A stretch of 64,000 bases of DNA from Candidatus Thorarchaeota archaeon (GTDB taxonomy: Archaea; Asgardarchaeota; Thorarchaeia; Thorarchaeales; Thorarchaeaceae), in NCBI GenBank assembly GCA_003345545.1, contig PRDH01000015.1, positions 1 through 64,000 of the forward strand, read 5' to 3'. Under the pieces are notes generated by a model. That model did no database searches, had not been told where the DNA came from, and saw nothing but the letters and a program-made list of their open reading frames with translations. Position numbers and translations under genes: made by a program. How positions within the stretch are numbered: the stretch's first letter is position 1; each line of letters begins with the position of its first letter. Positions 54,523 through 64,000 of the stretch are shown in pieces.

Positions 54523-56274
54523 ATGGAAGAGATGCTTTGGCACAAATACAAGTGGCCAAAAGAAGCGCCCCATTCACTCGAATATCCGGACGAGCCACTC
54601 TATGCTTTGTTAGACAAAACAGCCAACGAGCATGGTGACCTGCCGTTTACCGTGTTCATGGGGATGAAGAGAACTTACGCAGAAGTAAGAGAAGATGCTA
54701 ATAAGATTGCGAACTATCTGGCAAGCATTGGGATCAAGAAGGGCGACAGGGTTGCGATTTTCATGCCCAACATGCCGCACTACCCGCCAGTATTCTTTGG
54801 TATTTTGAAAAGCGGAGCAACTGCAGTCACATGCAATCCACTCTACAAGCCCGGAGAACTCAATTTCCAGCTGAAGGACTCTGGCACAAGAGTAGTCTTT
54901 GTGCTGGACCACCCGGTCTTCACACCATCATGCTACGAGGCGATTAAGGACACAAAAGTGGAGAAAGTGATTGTCTGTAACGTGAAGTCATTCCTGCCCA
55001 AGGTAAAGGCAGTACTGGGTGGACTCCTTGGGAAGATACCCAAGAGCCCCTTCTACGAGGATGATAAGACTGTCTTCTATGATGACATCTTGGCGAATTC
55101 CGAAGCAAAGCCGCCCGATGTTAAGTTCAACCGTAAGGATGACGTGGCGCTGATACTCTACACCGGAGGCACAACAGGAGTACCAAAGGGAGCAGCATTG
55201 CTTCACAGTAACCTGTACTCAAACGTCCTCCAGATCTTCAACTACGCCTGGATAGACCCGAAAGACCATCCTCAGAGCGGCAGAATGCGCATTGGCGAAG
55301 AGGTGGTTGTTGGTGCCCTGCCATGGTACCATAGCTATGGCCTCACTCTGAGCCTTCTCATGTCAACCTATCTTGCGGGGCAGCTTGTGTGCGTTCCAGA
55401 CCCACGTGCTGGAAAGCCTCCAATGACAGAGTTGTTGAAGGAACTTGAGAAGAACAAGGGATCGATTCTCAATTGCGTGCCAGCACTCTACGCAGGTATT
55501 GTCAACAACCCCAAAGTGAAGGAGTTCAATCTGAGATCAGTGAAAGTCTGTAGTTCGGGAGCAGCTCCACTTCCTCCTGAGCTTGCTAAAAACTTTGAAG
55601 ATATCACAGGAGCAATCCTCTTTGAAGGATATGGGTTGACCGAAACTTCACCAGTGACACATATCAACCCTACGAACAAGACAAACCGCAAGTTTGGGTC
55701 AATTGGTTTGCCAATACCAGACACGTACTGCAAGATTGTGGACCTCGAAACAGGCGCCAAGGAGTTGCCGATTGGCGAAACTGGCGAGTTAGCTGTATCG
55801 GGGCCACAGGTGATGCAGGGATATTGGAACAAACCAGAAGAGAACAAGCAGGTCTTCCGTCAGATTGATGGAAAACGCTTCTTCCTCACCGGTGACATCG
55901 GACACATGGACAAAGAGGGTTTCACTGTAATCTCTGACAGAAAGAAGGACATGGTCAATGTAGGTGGTCTGAAGGCATATCCGCGAGAGATTGAGGATAT
56001 ACTCTATGAACATCCCAAGGTGCAGATGGCTGCGGTCATTGGTGTACCGAGGAAGGAGGATCGAAGCAACGAGTTTGTCAAGGCCTTTATAGTCCTCAAG
56101 CCCGGAGTCGAGGCAACACCCGATGAGTTCATCGAGTGGTCGAAGGACAAGATGGCTGGCTACAAACGACCCAAGGAAGTCGAGTTTGTCGCCTCGCTGC
56201 CGCTCACTAATGTTGGAAAGGTCCTGAGAAGAGAACTACGGACCAAGGAATTACAGAAGAGAGGCTTGGCGTAG
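54523..56274 (+). CDS. Long-chain acyl-CoA synthetase (FadD-like)
   Basis: YTGGTTGVPKG, EGYGLTETSP, TGDIG, DRKKDM, VGKVLRR. Start ATG 54523 behind GAGGAG. Confidence 0.93.
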   Translation: MEEMLWHKYKWPKEAPHSLEYPDEPLYALLDKTANEHGDLPFTVFMGMKRTYAEVREDANKIANYLASIGIKKGDRVAIFMPNMPHYPPVFFGILKSGATAVTCNPLYKPGELNFQLKDSGTRVVFVLDHPVFTPSCYEAIKDTKVEKVIVCNVKSFLPKVKAVLGGLLGKIPKSPFYEDDKTVFYDDILANSEAKPPDVKFNRKDDVALILYTGGTTGVPKGAALLHSNLYSNVLQIFNYAWIDPKDHPQSGRMRIGEEVVVGALPWYHSYGLTLSLLMSTYLAGQLVCVPDPRAGKPPMTELLKELEKNKGSILNCVPALYAGIVNNPKVKEFNLRSVKVCSSGAAPLPPELAKNFEDITGAILFEGYGLTETSPVTHINPTNKTNRKFGSIGLPIPDTYCKIVDLETGAKELPIGETGELAVSGPQVMQGYWNKPEENKQVFRQIDGKRFFLTGDIGHMDKEGFTVISDRKKDMVNVGGLKAYPREIEDILYEHPKVQMAAVIGVPRKEDRSNEFVKAFIVLKPGVEATPDEFIEWSKDKMAGYKRPKEVEFVASLPLTNVGKVLRRELRTKELQKRGLA

Positions 56275-56283
56275 ACTGGACTA

Positions 56284-56316
56284 GCGGGAGATCCTTCTCC
56301 CGCATTCTTCTTTTTT
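56284..56316 (+). terminator. Hairpin with T-tract
   Basis: GCGGGAGA-TCCT-TCTCCCGC followed by ATTCTTCTTTTTT. Confidence 0.75.
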
Positions 56317-56414
56317 GATTCCTCAAGACATATGAGGGACTGTAGCAATATCCTAGTGGTAGGTAGTGATTAGACATCACAGCGATTCGCTACCGAGAGA
56401 GGAGATGAAGTGAG

Positions 56415-58166
56415 TTGGATGATGTATACTGGCGGTCAGGCGTTGCATGGCCAAAACGTGCTAGAAAGACCCTGGACTATCCAAAGGAACCCCTATTCGC
56501 CATGTTGGATAGGGCGGCTGAGAAGAGCGGAAACTCACCCTACACTGTATTCATGGGAAAATCACAGACATATAGCGAAGTGAGAGAACACGCAGACAGG
56601 ATAGCCAATTTCCTCACCAGCAAGGGAATCAAGGGAGGAGACAAGGTCGCCATCTTTCTCCCTAATGTGCCCCACTTCCCTGCCGTGTTCTTTGGTGCAC
56701 TCAGGGCAGGGGCAAAGGTGGTGACATGTAATCCATTATACAAGGCCGGCGAGCTGAATTACCAGCTGAAGGACACTGGTGCACGCATAGTGTTTGCATT
56801 GGATCATCCAACCTTCACACCAATATGCTATGAGGCTATCAAGGGCACTGATGTCCATACCGTGGTTGTATGTAGCGTAAAGCCATTCCTGTCCAAAGTG
56901 AAGGCAGTGCTGGGAGGACTTCTCGGGAAGATACCAAAGAGCCCATACTACGAAAAAGACAAGACCGTCTTCTATGAACAGATTCTATCCACATATGAGC
57001 CCAAGGCGCCTCAAGTCACCATCGACCCAATGGACACAGCAGTTCTGATCTACACTGGGGGAACAACAGGAAACCCGAAGGGTGCTGAACTGACCCACCA
57101 TAATATGACATCAAATATACTGCAGATAGCAGAGTGGGTCTATTTGGAGGAGGAGGATGCAGAGAGATCGGGCGGCGTCAGGTATGGAGAAGAGGTCTTT
57201 GTCGGGGCAATACCCTGGTATCACAGCTATGGCCTCACGCTGACAATGCTTATGGCCACATGGCTCGGAGGAAGACTGGTATGCATTCCTGATCCTAGAT
57301 CTGGAAAGCCGCCTCTGTCCGATCTGCTGAGCGAGCTGTCAAAAACCAAGGGAACTGTCTTGAACTGTGTGCCCGCACTCTATGCCGGTATCGCAAATCA
57401 TCCCAATGTCGGAAAATACGATTTGTCGTCGGTCACGATCTGCAGTTCAGGAGCTGCACCACTGCCACCAGAAGTTGCCAAGGCTTTCGAAGCAGTGACA
57501 GGTACACTTCTCTTTGAGGGGTATGGACTCACTGAAACTTCACCAGTGACCCACATTAATCCAACGAACAGCAGATATCGCAAGTTCGGCTCGATAGGCC
57601 TCCCAATCTCAGACACAATCTGCAAGATAGTTGACATGGAAACAGGGACGCGAGAGATGCCAATTGGTGAGGTTGGCGAGATCGCAGTCCACGGCCCGCA
57701 AGTCTTCAAGGGATACTGGAAGAAGCCCGATGAAACTGCGAATGTGATACGGACATTTGGCGGGAAGCGTTTCTTCCTGACAGGCGATATTGGTAGAATG
57801 GACGAGAATGGATACACCTTCATCAGCGATAGAAAGAAACAGATGATCAATGTCGGTGGTATGAAGGCATACCCACGGGAAATCGAGGACATACTGTTCA
57901 CCCATCCGAAGGTACAGATGGTAGCAGTTATAGGAATCCCCCGTGAAGAGGATCGCAGCAATGAGTTCGTCAAAGCGTACATTGTATTGAAAGATGGTGA
58001 GAGAGCAACACCTGAGGAGTTCATTGAGTGGGCGAGAGATAAGATGGCAGGTTATAAGCGTCCTAGAGAGGTTGAGATTGTAGCCAGTCTGCCTATGAGT
58101 AATGTTGGGAAGGTGCTGAGAAGAGAACTGCGCGATGCCGAGCTCAAGAAGAGAGGTTACACATAA
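56415..58166 (+). CDS. Long-chain acyl-CoA synthetase (tandem paralog)
   Basis: YTGGTTGNPKG, EGYGLTETSP, TGDIG; long blocks identical to the upstream paralog. Confidence 0.93.
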   Translation: MDDVYWRSGVAWPKRARKTLDYPKEPLFAMLDRAAEKSGNSPYTVFMGKSQTYSEVREHADRIANFLTSKGIKGGDKVAIFLPNVPHFPAVFFGALRAGAKVVTCNPLYKAGELNYQLKDTGARIVFALDHPTFTPICYEAIKGTDVHTVVVCSVKPFLSKVKAVLGGLLGKIPKSPYYEKDKTVFYEQILSTYEPKAPQVTIDPMDTAVLIYTGGTTGNPKGAELTHHNMTSNILQIAEWVYLEEEDAERSGGVRYGEEVFVGAIPWYHSYGLTLTMLMATWLGGRLVCIPDPRSGKPPLSDLLSELSKTKGTVLNCVPALYAGIANHPNVGKYDLSSVTICSSGAAPLPPEVAKAFEAVTGTLLFEGYGLTETSPVTHINPTNSRYRKFGSIGLPISDTICKIVDMETGTREMPIGEVGEIAVHGPQVFKGYWKKPDETANVIRTFGGKRFFLTGDIGRMDENGYTFISDRKKQMINVGGMKAYPREIEDILFTHPKVQMVAVIGIPREEDRSNEFVKAYIVLKDGERATPEEFIEWARDKMAGYKRPREVEIVASLPMSNVGKVLRRELRDAELKKRGYT

Positions 58167-58307
58167 GTCAACTTCAATCACAATAAGAAACATAGGTACA
58201 GCCTGTGCTGGGTCAGATTGGCTGGCGTTCGTACATTTCGTTTATTAGTGAGTTGTGACTAAGAATGTGAACTATCACTCTAATCGATTAGAGGAGAGGT
58301 GAACGAT

Positions 58308-58952
58308 ATGGCTGGGTCGTGGAAGAGAATTGGTGCCTATTTGGGAATACTTGGTGGAATCATTTTCATCATTACAACGTTCATAGCAATGCTGACATAT
58401 CCGGGAGGATACTCATTCTTAGAGAACTACTTCAGTGAGCTTGGGTTGACAGTAATAAATAGTCAACCATCAATGCTGAACTATGTTCTGTTCAATATCG
58501 CATGTACAAGTGCTGCAGTCTGCCTAGTGCCGTTTGTATTCGCGATGCGCACAGTATTCACAGAAACTGGGGTGCTGAAGGGCTTGAGCTGGGTAGGCAC
58601 CATTCTGGTGATTGCTGCTGCTCCAAACCTATCAGCCCTTGCGTTGTTTGCTGCAAATCTCTTTGGGTATGAGCATTTTCTGACGACGATGCTCTTCTTC
58701 CTACTCATAACCTTGGGAATTCTCATCTACTCAATTGCCATACTTCTCAACAAGAACTACGGGAACCTCTATGCTCTGATTGGGTTCGTAGTCGTAGTGA
58801 TCTGTTTCCTTCACGTCGGAGCTTTCTTCAGCTCAGCATTTGACATGTTTGGAACAGCTCTATGGCAGAAACTATCAGTCTACGCGCTGATTCTGTGGTC
58901 GGCATTTCAGGGATACAGACTCCTGAAGGTAATTGATGGAAAGGCTGAATAA
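58308..58952 (+). CDS. DUF998-like membrane protein
   Basis: YPGGYSF..NYFSELG, several TM, H in a TM, WQK. Confidence 0.75.
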   Translation: MAGSWKRIGAYLGILGGIIFIITTFIAMLTYPGGYSFLENYFSELGLTVINSQPSMLNYVLFNIACTSAAVCLVPFVFAMRTVFTETGVLKGLSWVGTILVIAAAPNLSALALFAANLFGYEHFLTTMLFFLLITLGILIYSIAILLNKNYGNLYALIGFVVVVICFLHVGAFFSSAFDMFGTALWQKLSVYALILWSAFQGYRLLKVIDGKAE

Positions 58953-59012
58953 CTCCATGGAGATACAAAGGGACCAGATCTTGGGTAGCCACCGCGAGGG
59001 TAAAACGGAGGC

Positions 59013-59540
59013 TCAGCCAGACTTTCCAGAACCCGACTTCTTGTGGCTCTTACCCAACTCAATGTAGAGCTGTGCACCGGTCATGAAACTCTCGCGAAGC
59101 GCTTCAGAGACCTCCTTCACAACTTTTCCGGGAATGCCCATGACAAGACTTCCATCCGGAATGACCGAATTATTGGTCACGACAGAACCAGCTCCGATGA
59201 CACAGTCATTGCCAACCTCGGCACCATCAAGAACAATAGAACCCATCCCTACGACTGCACGGTCTCCAATCTTGCATGCGTGTATCACACAGTTATGACC
59301 AGCTGTCACATAATCACCAATGATAGTGGGATGCATGAATGTGGTGTGTACTGTGGCATTGTCCTGAATCGACGTGCCTTTTCCAACCCGTATGTAGTTC
59401 ATGTCAGCTCGAAGCACAGCAAACTCCCAAATGCTTGAATCAGCACCGACCTCAATGTCACCAATCAGAGAGGCTCTGGGAGATATGTACGCTTCAGGGT
59501 CAACCCTTGGTTTCTTACCATTGAACTCGTAGAGACCCAT
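59013..59540 (-). CDS. Gamma-class carbonic anhydrase family protein
   Basis: Hexapeptide repeats, LRAD, IQDN..VH, GH..IHAC. Start ATG 59540. Confidence 0.92.
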   Translation of the reverse strand: MGLYEFNGKKPRVDPEAYISPRASLIGDIEVGADSSIWEFAVLRADMNYIRVGKGTSIQDNATVHTTFMHPTIIGDYVTAGHNCVIHACKIGDRAVVGMGSIVLDGAEVGNDCVIGAGSVVTNNSVIPDGSLVMGIPGKVVKEVSEALRESFMTGAQLYIELGKSHKKSGSGKSG

Positions 59541-59656
59541 AGTATTCCACCTAAGACGGCAACTGGCGCTCAGTGCCTTTAAGAGTGTTGTCATGGAAAT
59601 GGCGCCAGAACACATTTTACATCCTGTTGTGTCTACAATTGATGGGAGGCATAACA

Positions 59657-61375
59657 GTGATTCTATTGGATCCCAATAACCTCACTCGCAAATACTCGGA
59701 TGCTGAATCGAAGAATATAATGAAGAAGACCGTCCAGTTCTTTGAGAACAAGGGAAAAGTCGCCCTCAAGAATGATGACCATGAGAGAGTCTGGTACCAA
59801 GACTTTCTAGACTTCGTGAAGAAGAATGAGATTTTCTACAAATTACTCACGCCTAGTAAGTATGGTGAGAAGGGATGTAGATGGGACACATGGCGGAACA
59901 TGGAGTTCAATGAGATACTGGCATTCTATGGTCTTCACTATTGGTACACCTGGCAGGTCTCAATTCTCGGTCTTGGGCCGATTTGGATGAGCAAGAATGA
60001 AAAGGCGAAGAAGAAGGCAGCGAAATACCTCAAGCAGGGGGAAGTCTTTGCATTTGGCTTGAGCGAGAAGAATCATGGTGCAGACCTCTACTCATCTGAG
60101 ATGAGTCTCAAGGTACTAGGAGACGGCAAATACATTGCTAATGGCTCCAAGTACTATATCGGGAATGGAAACGTCGCGCGAATGGTCTCGGTCTTCGGAA
60201 AGACAGATGTTCCCTCAGACCCTGAGAATGCCAACTACGGTAACTATGTCTTCTTTGCCGCAGACTCTCAGCATCCAAACTACGAGTGTGTCAGAAATCT
60301 GGTGAATGTGCAGTCATACGTTGCTGAGTACAAACTCAACGACTATCCTATTTCAGAGGCAGATATTCTATCCAAGGCGAGAGAGGCTTGGGACTGCACA
60401 CTGAACACTGTCAATGTAGGCAAGTTCAATCTCGGATGGGGATCGATTGGTATCTGTACACATGCTCTCTACGAGGCCATCAATCATGCATCCAACAGAT
60501 ACCTCTACGGAAAATATGTTACCGAGTTCTCGCATATTCGACAGTTCTTCACTGATGCATATGCCCGATTAGTCGCCATGAAACTCTTTGCCCTCAGAGC
60601 TGGGGACTACATGAGGACTGCATCTCTAGAAGACAGACGCTATATCCTCTACAACTCTCTCGTGAAGATGAAGGTCACGAGTGAAGGCGAAAAGGTGATT
60701 GACCTCTTGTGGGACATCATTGCGGCACGTGGCTTTGAAGGGGAAACCTACTTCTCAATGGCAGCAAGAGATATTCGTGCGCTGCCAAAGCTCGAGGGAA
60801 CAGTTCATGTCAACATGGCACAGATCATCAAGTTCATGCCAGCGTACTTCTTCATGCCTCAGGAATACCCGGTTGTGGGTACAATATCTGAGCCAAAGGA
60901 TGATGAGTTTCTCTTCAATCAAGGTATCACAAAAGGCCTGAGCGGTATCAGATTCCATGACTATCGAGCTGTATACGACACGGTAGACCTGCCCAATGTG
61001 AACATCTTCAAGAAACAGGTTGAGGTGTTCAATGAGTTCATGACTGAAGCAACACCTGATGAGAAACAGGGCGAGGACCTTGATTTCATACTGAATGCAG
61101 GAGAGCTGTTTTCCTTAGTGGTCTATGGGCAACTCATAATTGAGAATGCCAAGATCTACAAGATATCGGACTACTTGCTCGATCAGATTTTTGATCTCAT
61201 GGTTCGTGACTTCTCAAGGTATGCCCTCCAGATGTATTCGAAACAGAGCACTACAGAGAAACAGCAGGAGATACTGCTGAGGATGATTATGAAGCCCCAT
61301 GTAGACAGGGAGAGGTATGAGGCAATTATCAAGGAAGTCTATTCGTTGAATGGAAGATATGAGATGCGCAAGTAG
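59657..61375 (+). CDS. Acyl-CoA dehydrogenase family protein
   Basis: FAFGLSEKNHGAD, NGSKYYIGN, GKFNLG, PKLEGT. GTG start behind GGGAGG. Confidence 0.9.
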   Translation: MILLDPNNLTRKYSDAESKNIMKKTVQFFENKGKVALKNDDHERVWYQDFLDFVKKNEIFYKLLTPSKYGEKGCRWDTWRNMEFNEILAFYGLHYWYTWQVSILGLGPIWMSKNEKAKKKAAKYLKQGEVFAFGLSEKNHGADLYSSEMSLKVLGDGKYIANGSKYYIGNGNVARMVSVFGKTDVPSDPENANYGNYVFFAADSQHPNYECVRNLVNVQSYVAEYKLNDYPISEADILSKAREAWDCTLNTVNVGKFNLGWGSIGICTHALYEAINHASNRYLYGKYVTEFSHIRQFFTDAYARLVAMKLFALRAGDYMRTASLEDRRYILYNSLVKMKVTSEGEKVIDLLWDIIAARGFEGETYFSMAARDIRALPKLEGTVHVNMAQIIKFMPAYFFMPQEYPVVGTISEPKDDEFLFNQGITKGLSGIRFHDYRAVYDTVDLPNVNIFKKQVEVFNEFMTEATPDEKQGEDLDFILNAGELFSLVVYGQLIIENAKIYKISDYLLDQIFDLMVRDFSRYALQMYSKQSTTEKQQEILLRMIMKPHVDRERYEAIIKEVYSLNGRYEMRK

Positions 61376-61451
61376 ATCATGACCGTCCGACTCTTGTTTC
61401 TTCGATAATAGCAAATAGCCAGGCTTATCACCAACTGGATGTTGAATCAAG

Positions 61452-61978
61452 ATGCCGGTTATGCCGTTCCATATCCACTTGCATTTCTATTCTCCAGGGC
61501 AGACGAGCATCTATCCCTGCCTGGATTAATCGTTGGCTCAGTCATACCTGACATTGAAGTCCCATTTATGGGGATGTTCTTTGCCAGTCTTCCAGACCAT
61601 CTCTTCTTGCACGGCCTTCTTGATGCTTTGACGATTGGAACTCTGCTTGCGGCTGCCATTACACGTTTTCTGTACACACCGATTGTGTCGCATGTCTTCG
61701 GGGTTGAGAGAGATGAACTGAACTAGGTATGTCGAGTAGGTCCTTGGATGGCAGTATCTTGTTTCCTTGGAGTGACAACACATTTGGTGCTTGACTTTCC
61801 GATGCACTGGTATAATTCTATTCTCTGGCATTGGGCAAATCCGTATCACACTATTGGTTCGCTATTTCTCTTGTTTATGCCGATCTTTGATATCTGGGCT
61901 GCTTATTTGAATGCCAGTACAATCATGCATGTTGGGCCATGCCCCAGATATAGAAGCGCAGTTGAAGACATGGTATGA
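61452..61978 (+). pseudogene. Disrupted DUF4184-like membrane hydrolase
   Basis: MPVMPFH then a frameshift to YPLAFLF...LIVGSVIPDIE...HGL; in-frame TAG at 61724-61726; continues in frame to THLVLD.PMH; degenerate end. Confidence 0.7.
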
Positions 61979-62228
61979 ATACCGTGGATGGAACAGAAAG
62001 ACAGCAAGACCACCCAAAAACAAGCTCGAGAATCTTGGTCTTGGCGACCTTACTTGAGTACCAACTTCCTTGGTTTTGGAAGACTCTCCACGATATCTTT
62101 CAGACAATTATGGAGAACCTCAACATCTATGATCTTCAGTTTATCATTAGTCGAAGGGGTGGAGATGTTGAGATGCAACGTGCATTTGAGGGAGCAAATA
62201 AGTCTGGTATATATTGGAAAACAGTGAG

Positions 62229-62936
62229 CTAGCTCTTTGAGAGAAAACGAGTCCCCAAGAAGAGTTCCTTTAGGATTACTCTGGTGAATTGTGACCCCAT
62301 TTTGAGAGTTGGTGATTGCTTTGCGGGGCCCACTCTTTCCAATTCTCTAGTGGGAATCTCAACCACTCTCTTCTTTAATTTGAGACATCTAATTGTCTGT
62401 TGAATTTCGATATTGTAACCCTGCGCATCTTGCTTTAGATGTTTCAAAAGGCTTCGCTTTATCAAACGATAGCCATTAATTGCATCAGTGACACTGCCAC
62501 CCCAAAACAGCTTGGTAAGTCTGGAAAAGAACATATTCCCAACTCTTCTGATTCTATAGGGGTCATCAGAATCGTCACTAACTGAGCCCTCGGTAAATCT
62601 TGAGGCAATTACCAGATCAGCATGATGAGCTATCATTGTGTCAATCAAGTGTGGCAGGTCACTTGGATCTTCATTTCCATCTGGACTGAAAAAGAGGAGC
62701 GCATCAGCGTCTGTTTGTTCGATTGCTTCAATCACTGCTTTCCCTCTACCTATCTCTTTCTGTTGTACTACACGAATACCTAGTGATTCGAGGAACTCGA
62801 CACTTCCATCTGTTGAATGTCCATCCATACACAGAAGATCATCAAAGATACTGGCATCAATTCTAGGAATAACTTCTTTCATAGGCTCCAACTCGTTTTT
62901 TACTAGCAAAACCAAAGCTACAGAAAGACGTTTCAT
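62229..62936 (-). CDS. GT2 glycosyltransferase (DPM1/polyprenol-P-sugar synthase-like)
   Basis: KNE, DGHSTDGS, GRG.A, FFSPDGNEDP, VIASRF, TDAINGYR. Confidence 0.9.
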   Translation of the reverse strand: MKRLSVALVLLVKNELEPMKEVIPRIDASIFDDLLCMDGHSTDGSVEFLESLGIRVVQQKEIGRGKAVIEAIEQTDADALLFFSPDGNEDPSDLPHLIDTMIAHHADLVIASRFTEGSVSDDSDDPYRIRRVGNMFFSRLTKLFWGGSVTDAINGYRLIKRSLLKHLKQDAQGYNIEIQQTIRCLKLKKRVVEIPTRELERVGPAKQSPTLKMGSQFTRVILKELFLGTRFLSKS

Positions 62937-63105
62937 TACTATCGCAGCTCCTTCATTCCTCTATCTACTACTTCTAAGTGAGATGAGCTGATGAAAAAAA
63001 TGTTCCCGTTGAGATTCTCTTTTTTTTTAACTGATGGATTATTATAGTATTCTCTGTTCTTACCAGGATGTCACCCCAAAAGAACTGTTGTTTGGAGATG
63101 CTTCG

Positions 63106-63822
63106 ATGGTGTTCACAAAAAGAGGTCATCCTCCCACAAAAGCGTTAATCATTTTGACTTTCAATGAAATTCATGGGTCTAGAGCTCTTGCTGACAAGAT
63201 ACCCTATACTTTGTTTGACAATTCTATTGTAATTGATGGAGGAAGTACTGATGGAACACGGGAGTTTTGGGAAAGCAGAGGAATACGAGTGGCTCAACGT
63301 CGCTCTCCCGGGCGTGGGAGTGCTTTCATAATCGCTATTGAAGAGTGTAAGGAAGACATACTCCTCTTTTTCAGTCCAGATGGAAATGAAGATCCAAACG
63401 ATATACCACGACTTTTGGATGCGGTCTTGACATCAGATCTTGTCATAGCTACTCGTTTTGGTAAGGGTGGGACAAGTGATGATGCAGAAGTTTTGAGAAC
63501 TTTCGGAAATCTTCTTTTTACAGCTATTTGCAGACTGCTTTTCAGAGCCAAGGTCACCGATGCTGTAAACGGATTCCGCACCATCTGGAGAAAGAGAATG
63601 ATGAATCTCAATCTACCCCCTTCGCGATTTGAGATTGAAATGCAAATCACCATACGCGCTTCAAAACTCAATATGAGAATAACCGAAATCTCAACTCATG
63701 AATTCAAGAGGATTGGAGGAGTATCAAAAGCGAAATCATTTGATGTAGGTTTGTCTTACTTGAAACTCTTCCTAGATGAACTTCTTCTGGGGAGGAGATT
63801 CATTAATAAAGCGCACACATAA
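63106..63822 (+). CDS. GT2 glycosyltransferase (DPM1-like), divergent paralog
   Basis: FNE, DGGSTDGT, GRG.A, FFSPDGNEDP, VIATRF, TDAVNGFR, RIGGVSK. Confidence 0.9.
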   Translation: MVFTKRGHPPTKALIILTFNEIHGSRALADKIPYTLFDNSIVIDGGSTDGTREFWESRGIRVAQRRSPGRGSAFIIAIEECKEDILLFFSPDGNEDPNDIPRLLDAVLTSDLVIATRFGKGGTSDDAEVLRTFGNLLFTAICRLLFRAKVTDAVNGFRTIWRKRMMNLNLPPSRFEIEMQITIRASKLNMRITEISTHEFKRIGGVSKAKSFDVGLSYLKLFLDELLLGRRFINKAHT

Positions 63823-63855
63823 GCGCTCTGCAATGCTGTACGGTGAGTATCGCTT

Positions 63856-64000
63856 ATGGAGTCTGCGGCTATAACTCTCATCTTGATATTAATGGGAATC
63901 GCCTTTGTTCACGTCATAGGAGAGATCCTATTCAAGAAGGGAGGGATGACTTCATTTGCGGAATCAGAGAGAGGTCTTGATACGAAATCCTGGAGACATT
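63856..64000 (+). CDS. Small membrane protein (EamA/ArnE-like), truncated by window end
   Basis: MESAAITLILILMGIAFVHVIGEILFKKG...; the G-x-I-L-F-K-x-G pattern is typical of DMT/EamA N-termini. Confidence 0.5.
   Translation, partial: MESAAITLILILMGIAFVHVIGEILFKKGGMTSFAESERGLDTKSWRH

Noticed and set aside
57398-58193. Long antisense ORFs (208 and 194 aa) and the many other short ORFs opposite real genes
   Set aside because: Shadow frames of well-supported genes, with no independent motifs.
61975-62232. ORFs 61975..62232, 61988..62227 and 61862..62107
   Set aside because: Mutually overlapping with no recognisable family; likely pseudogene tail or junction debris.
1-64000. CRISPR arrays, tRNAs, rRNAs, transposases and integrases
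   Set aside because: I saw no regularly spaced direct repeats, no cloverleaf with T-loop and acceptor stem, and no DDE/Y1/serine or tyrosine recombinase ORFs. A tRNAscan/Infernal run would be needed to exclude small RNAs fully.

Overview
Gene-dense archaeal DNA, most likely from an Asgard archaeon (Thorarchaeia-like by inference: it has a Ras/Rab-like small GTPase, a longin-domain protein, an arrestin-fold protein and stand-alone SCP2 proteins). From left to right: (1) end of the exosome/proteasome superoperon (psmA, SBDS, rrp4, rrp41, rrp42, rpl37ae, Brix, pcc1, pfdB, DUF3194, DHH, ECF ATPase). rpoP is missing from its usual position and three of the proteins carry long acidic tails. (2) A NikR-type regulator with a ZnuABC-type metal transporter whose ATPase appears to start at ATA. 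(3) An operon of YoaD-like dehydrogenase, YoaC/LsrK-like kinase, class II aldolase and aldehyde:ferredoxin oxidoreductase. (4) An ABC-2 exporter. (5) A heterodisulfide reductase cluster with two internally duplicated HdrA proteins, one fused to MvhD. (6) An aconitase-aclB-aclA-icd operon with a structured 5' leader. (7) An arrestin-fold gene, membrane/wHTH pairs and a second hdrCB. (8) A korDA...korBC locus interrupted by an SDR and a longin/winged-helix (NPRL2-like) plus small GTPase module. (9) A 2-hydroxyacyl-CoA dehydratase operon, tandem acyl-CoA ligases, a gamma-CA and an acyl-CoA dehydrogenase. (10) A DUF4184 pseudogene and the start of an AT-richer glycosyltransferase region. I recognised no rRNA, tRNA, CRISPR array or transposase. 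Best candidates for undescribed biology: the NPRL2-like/GTPase module, the YoaDC-aldolase-AOR catabolic operon, and the ACL operon with its leader RNA. All family assignments come from motif recognition by eye and from memory; no database searches were run.
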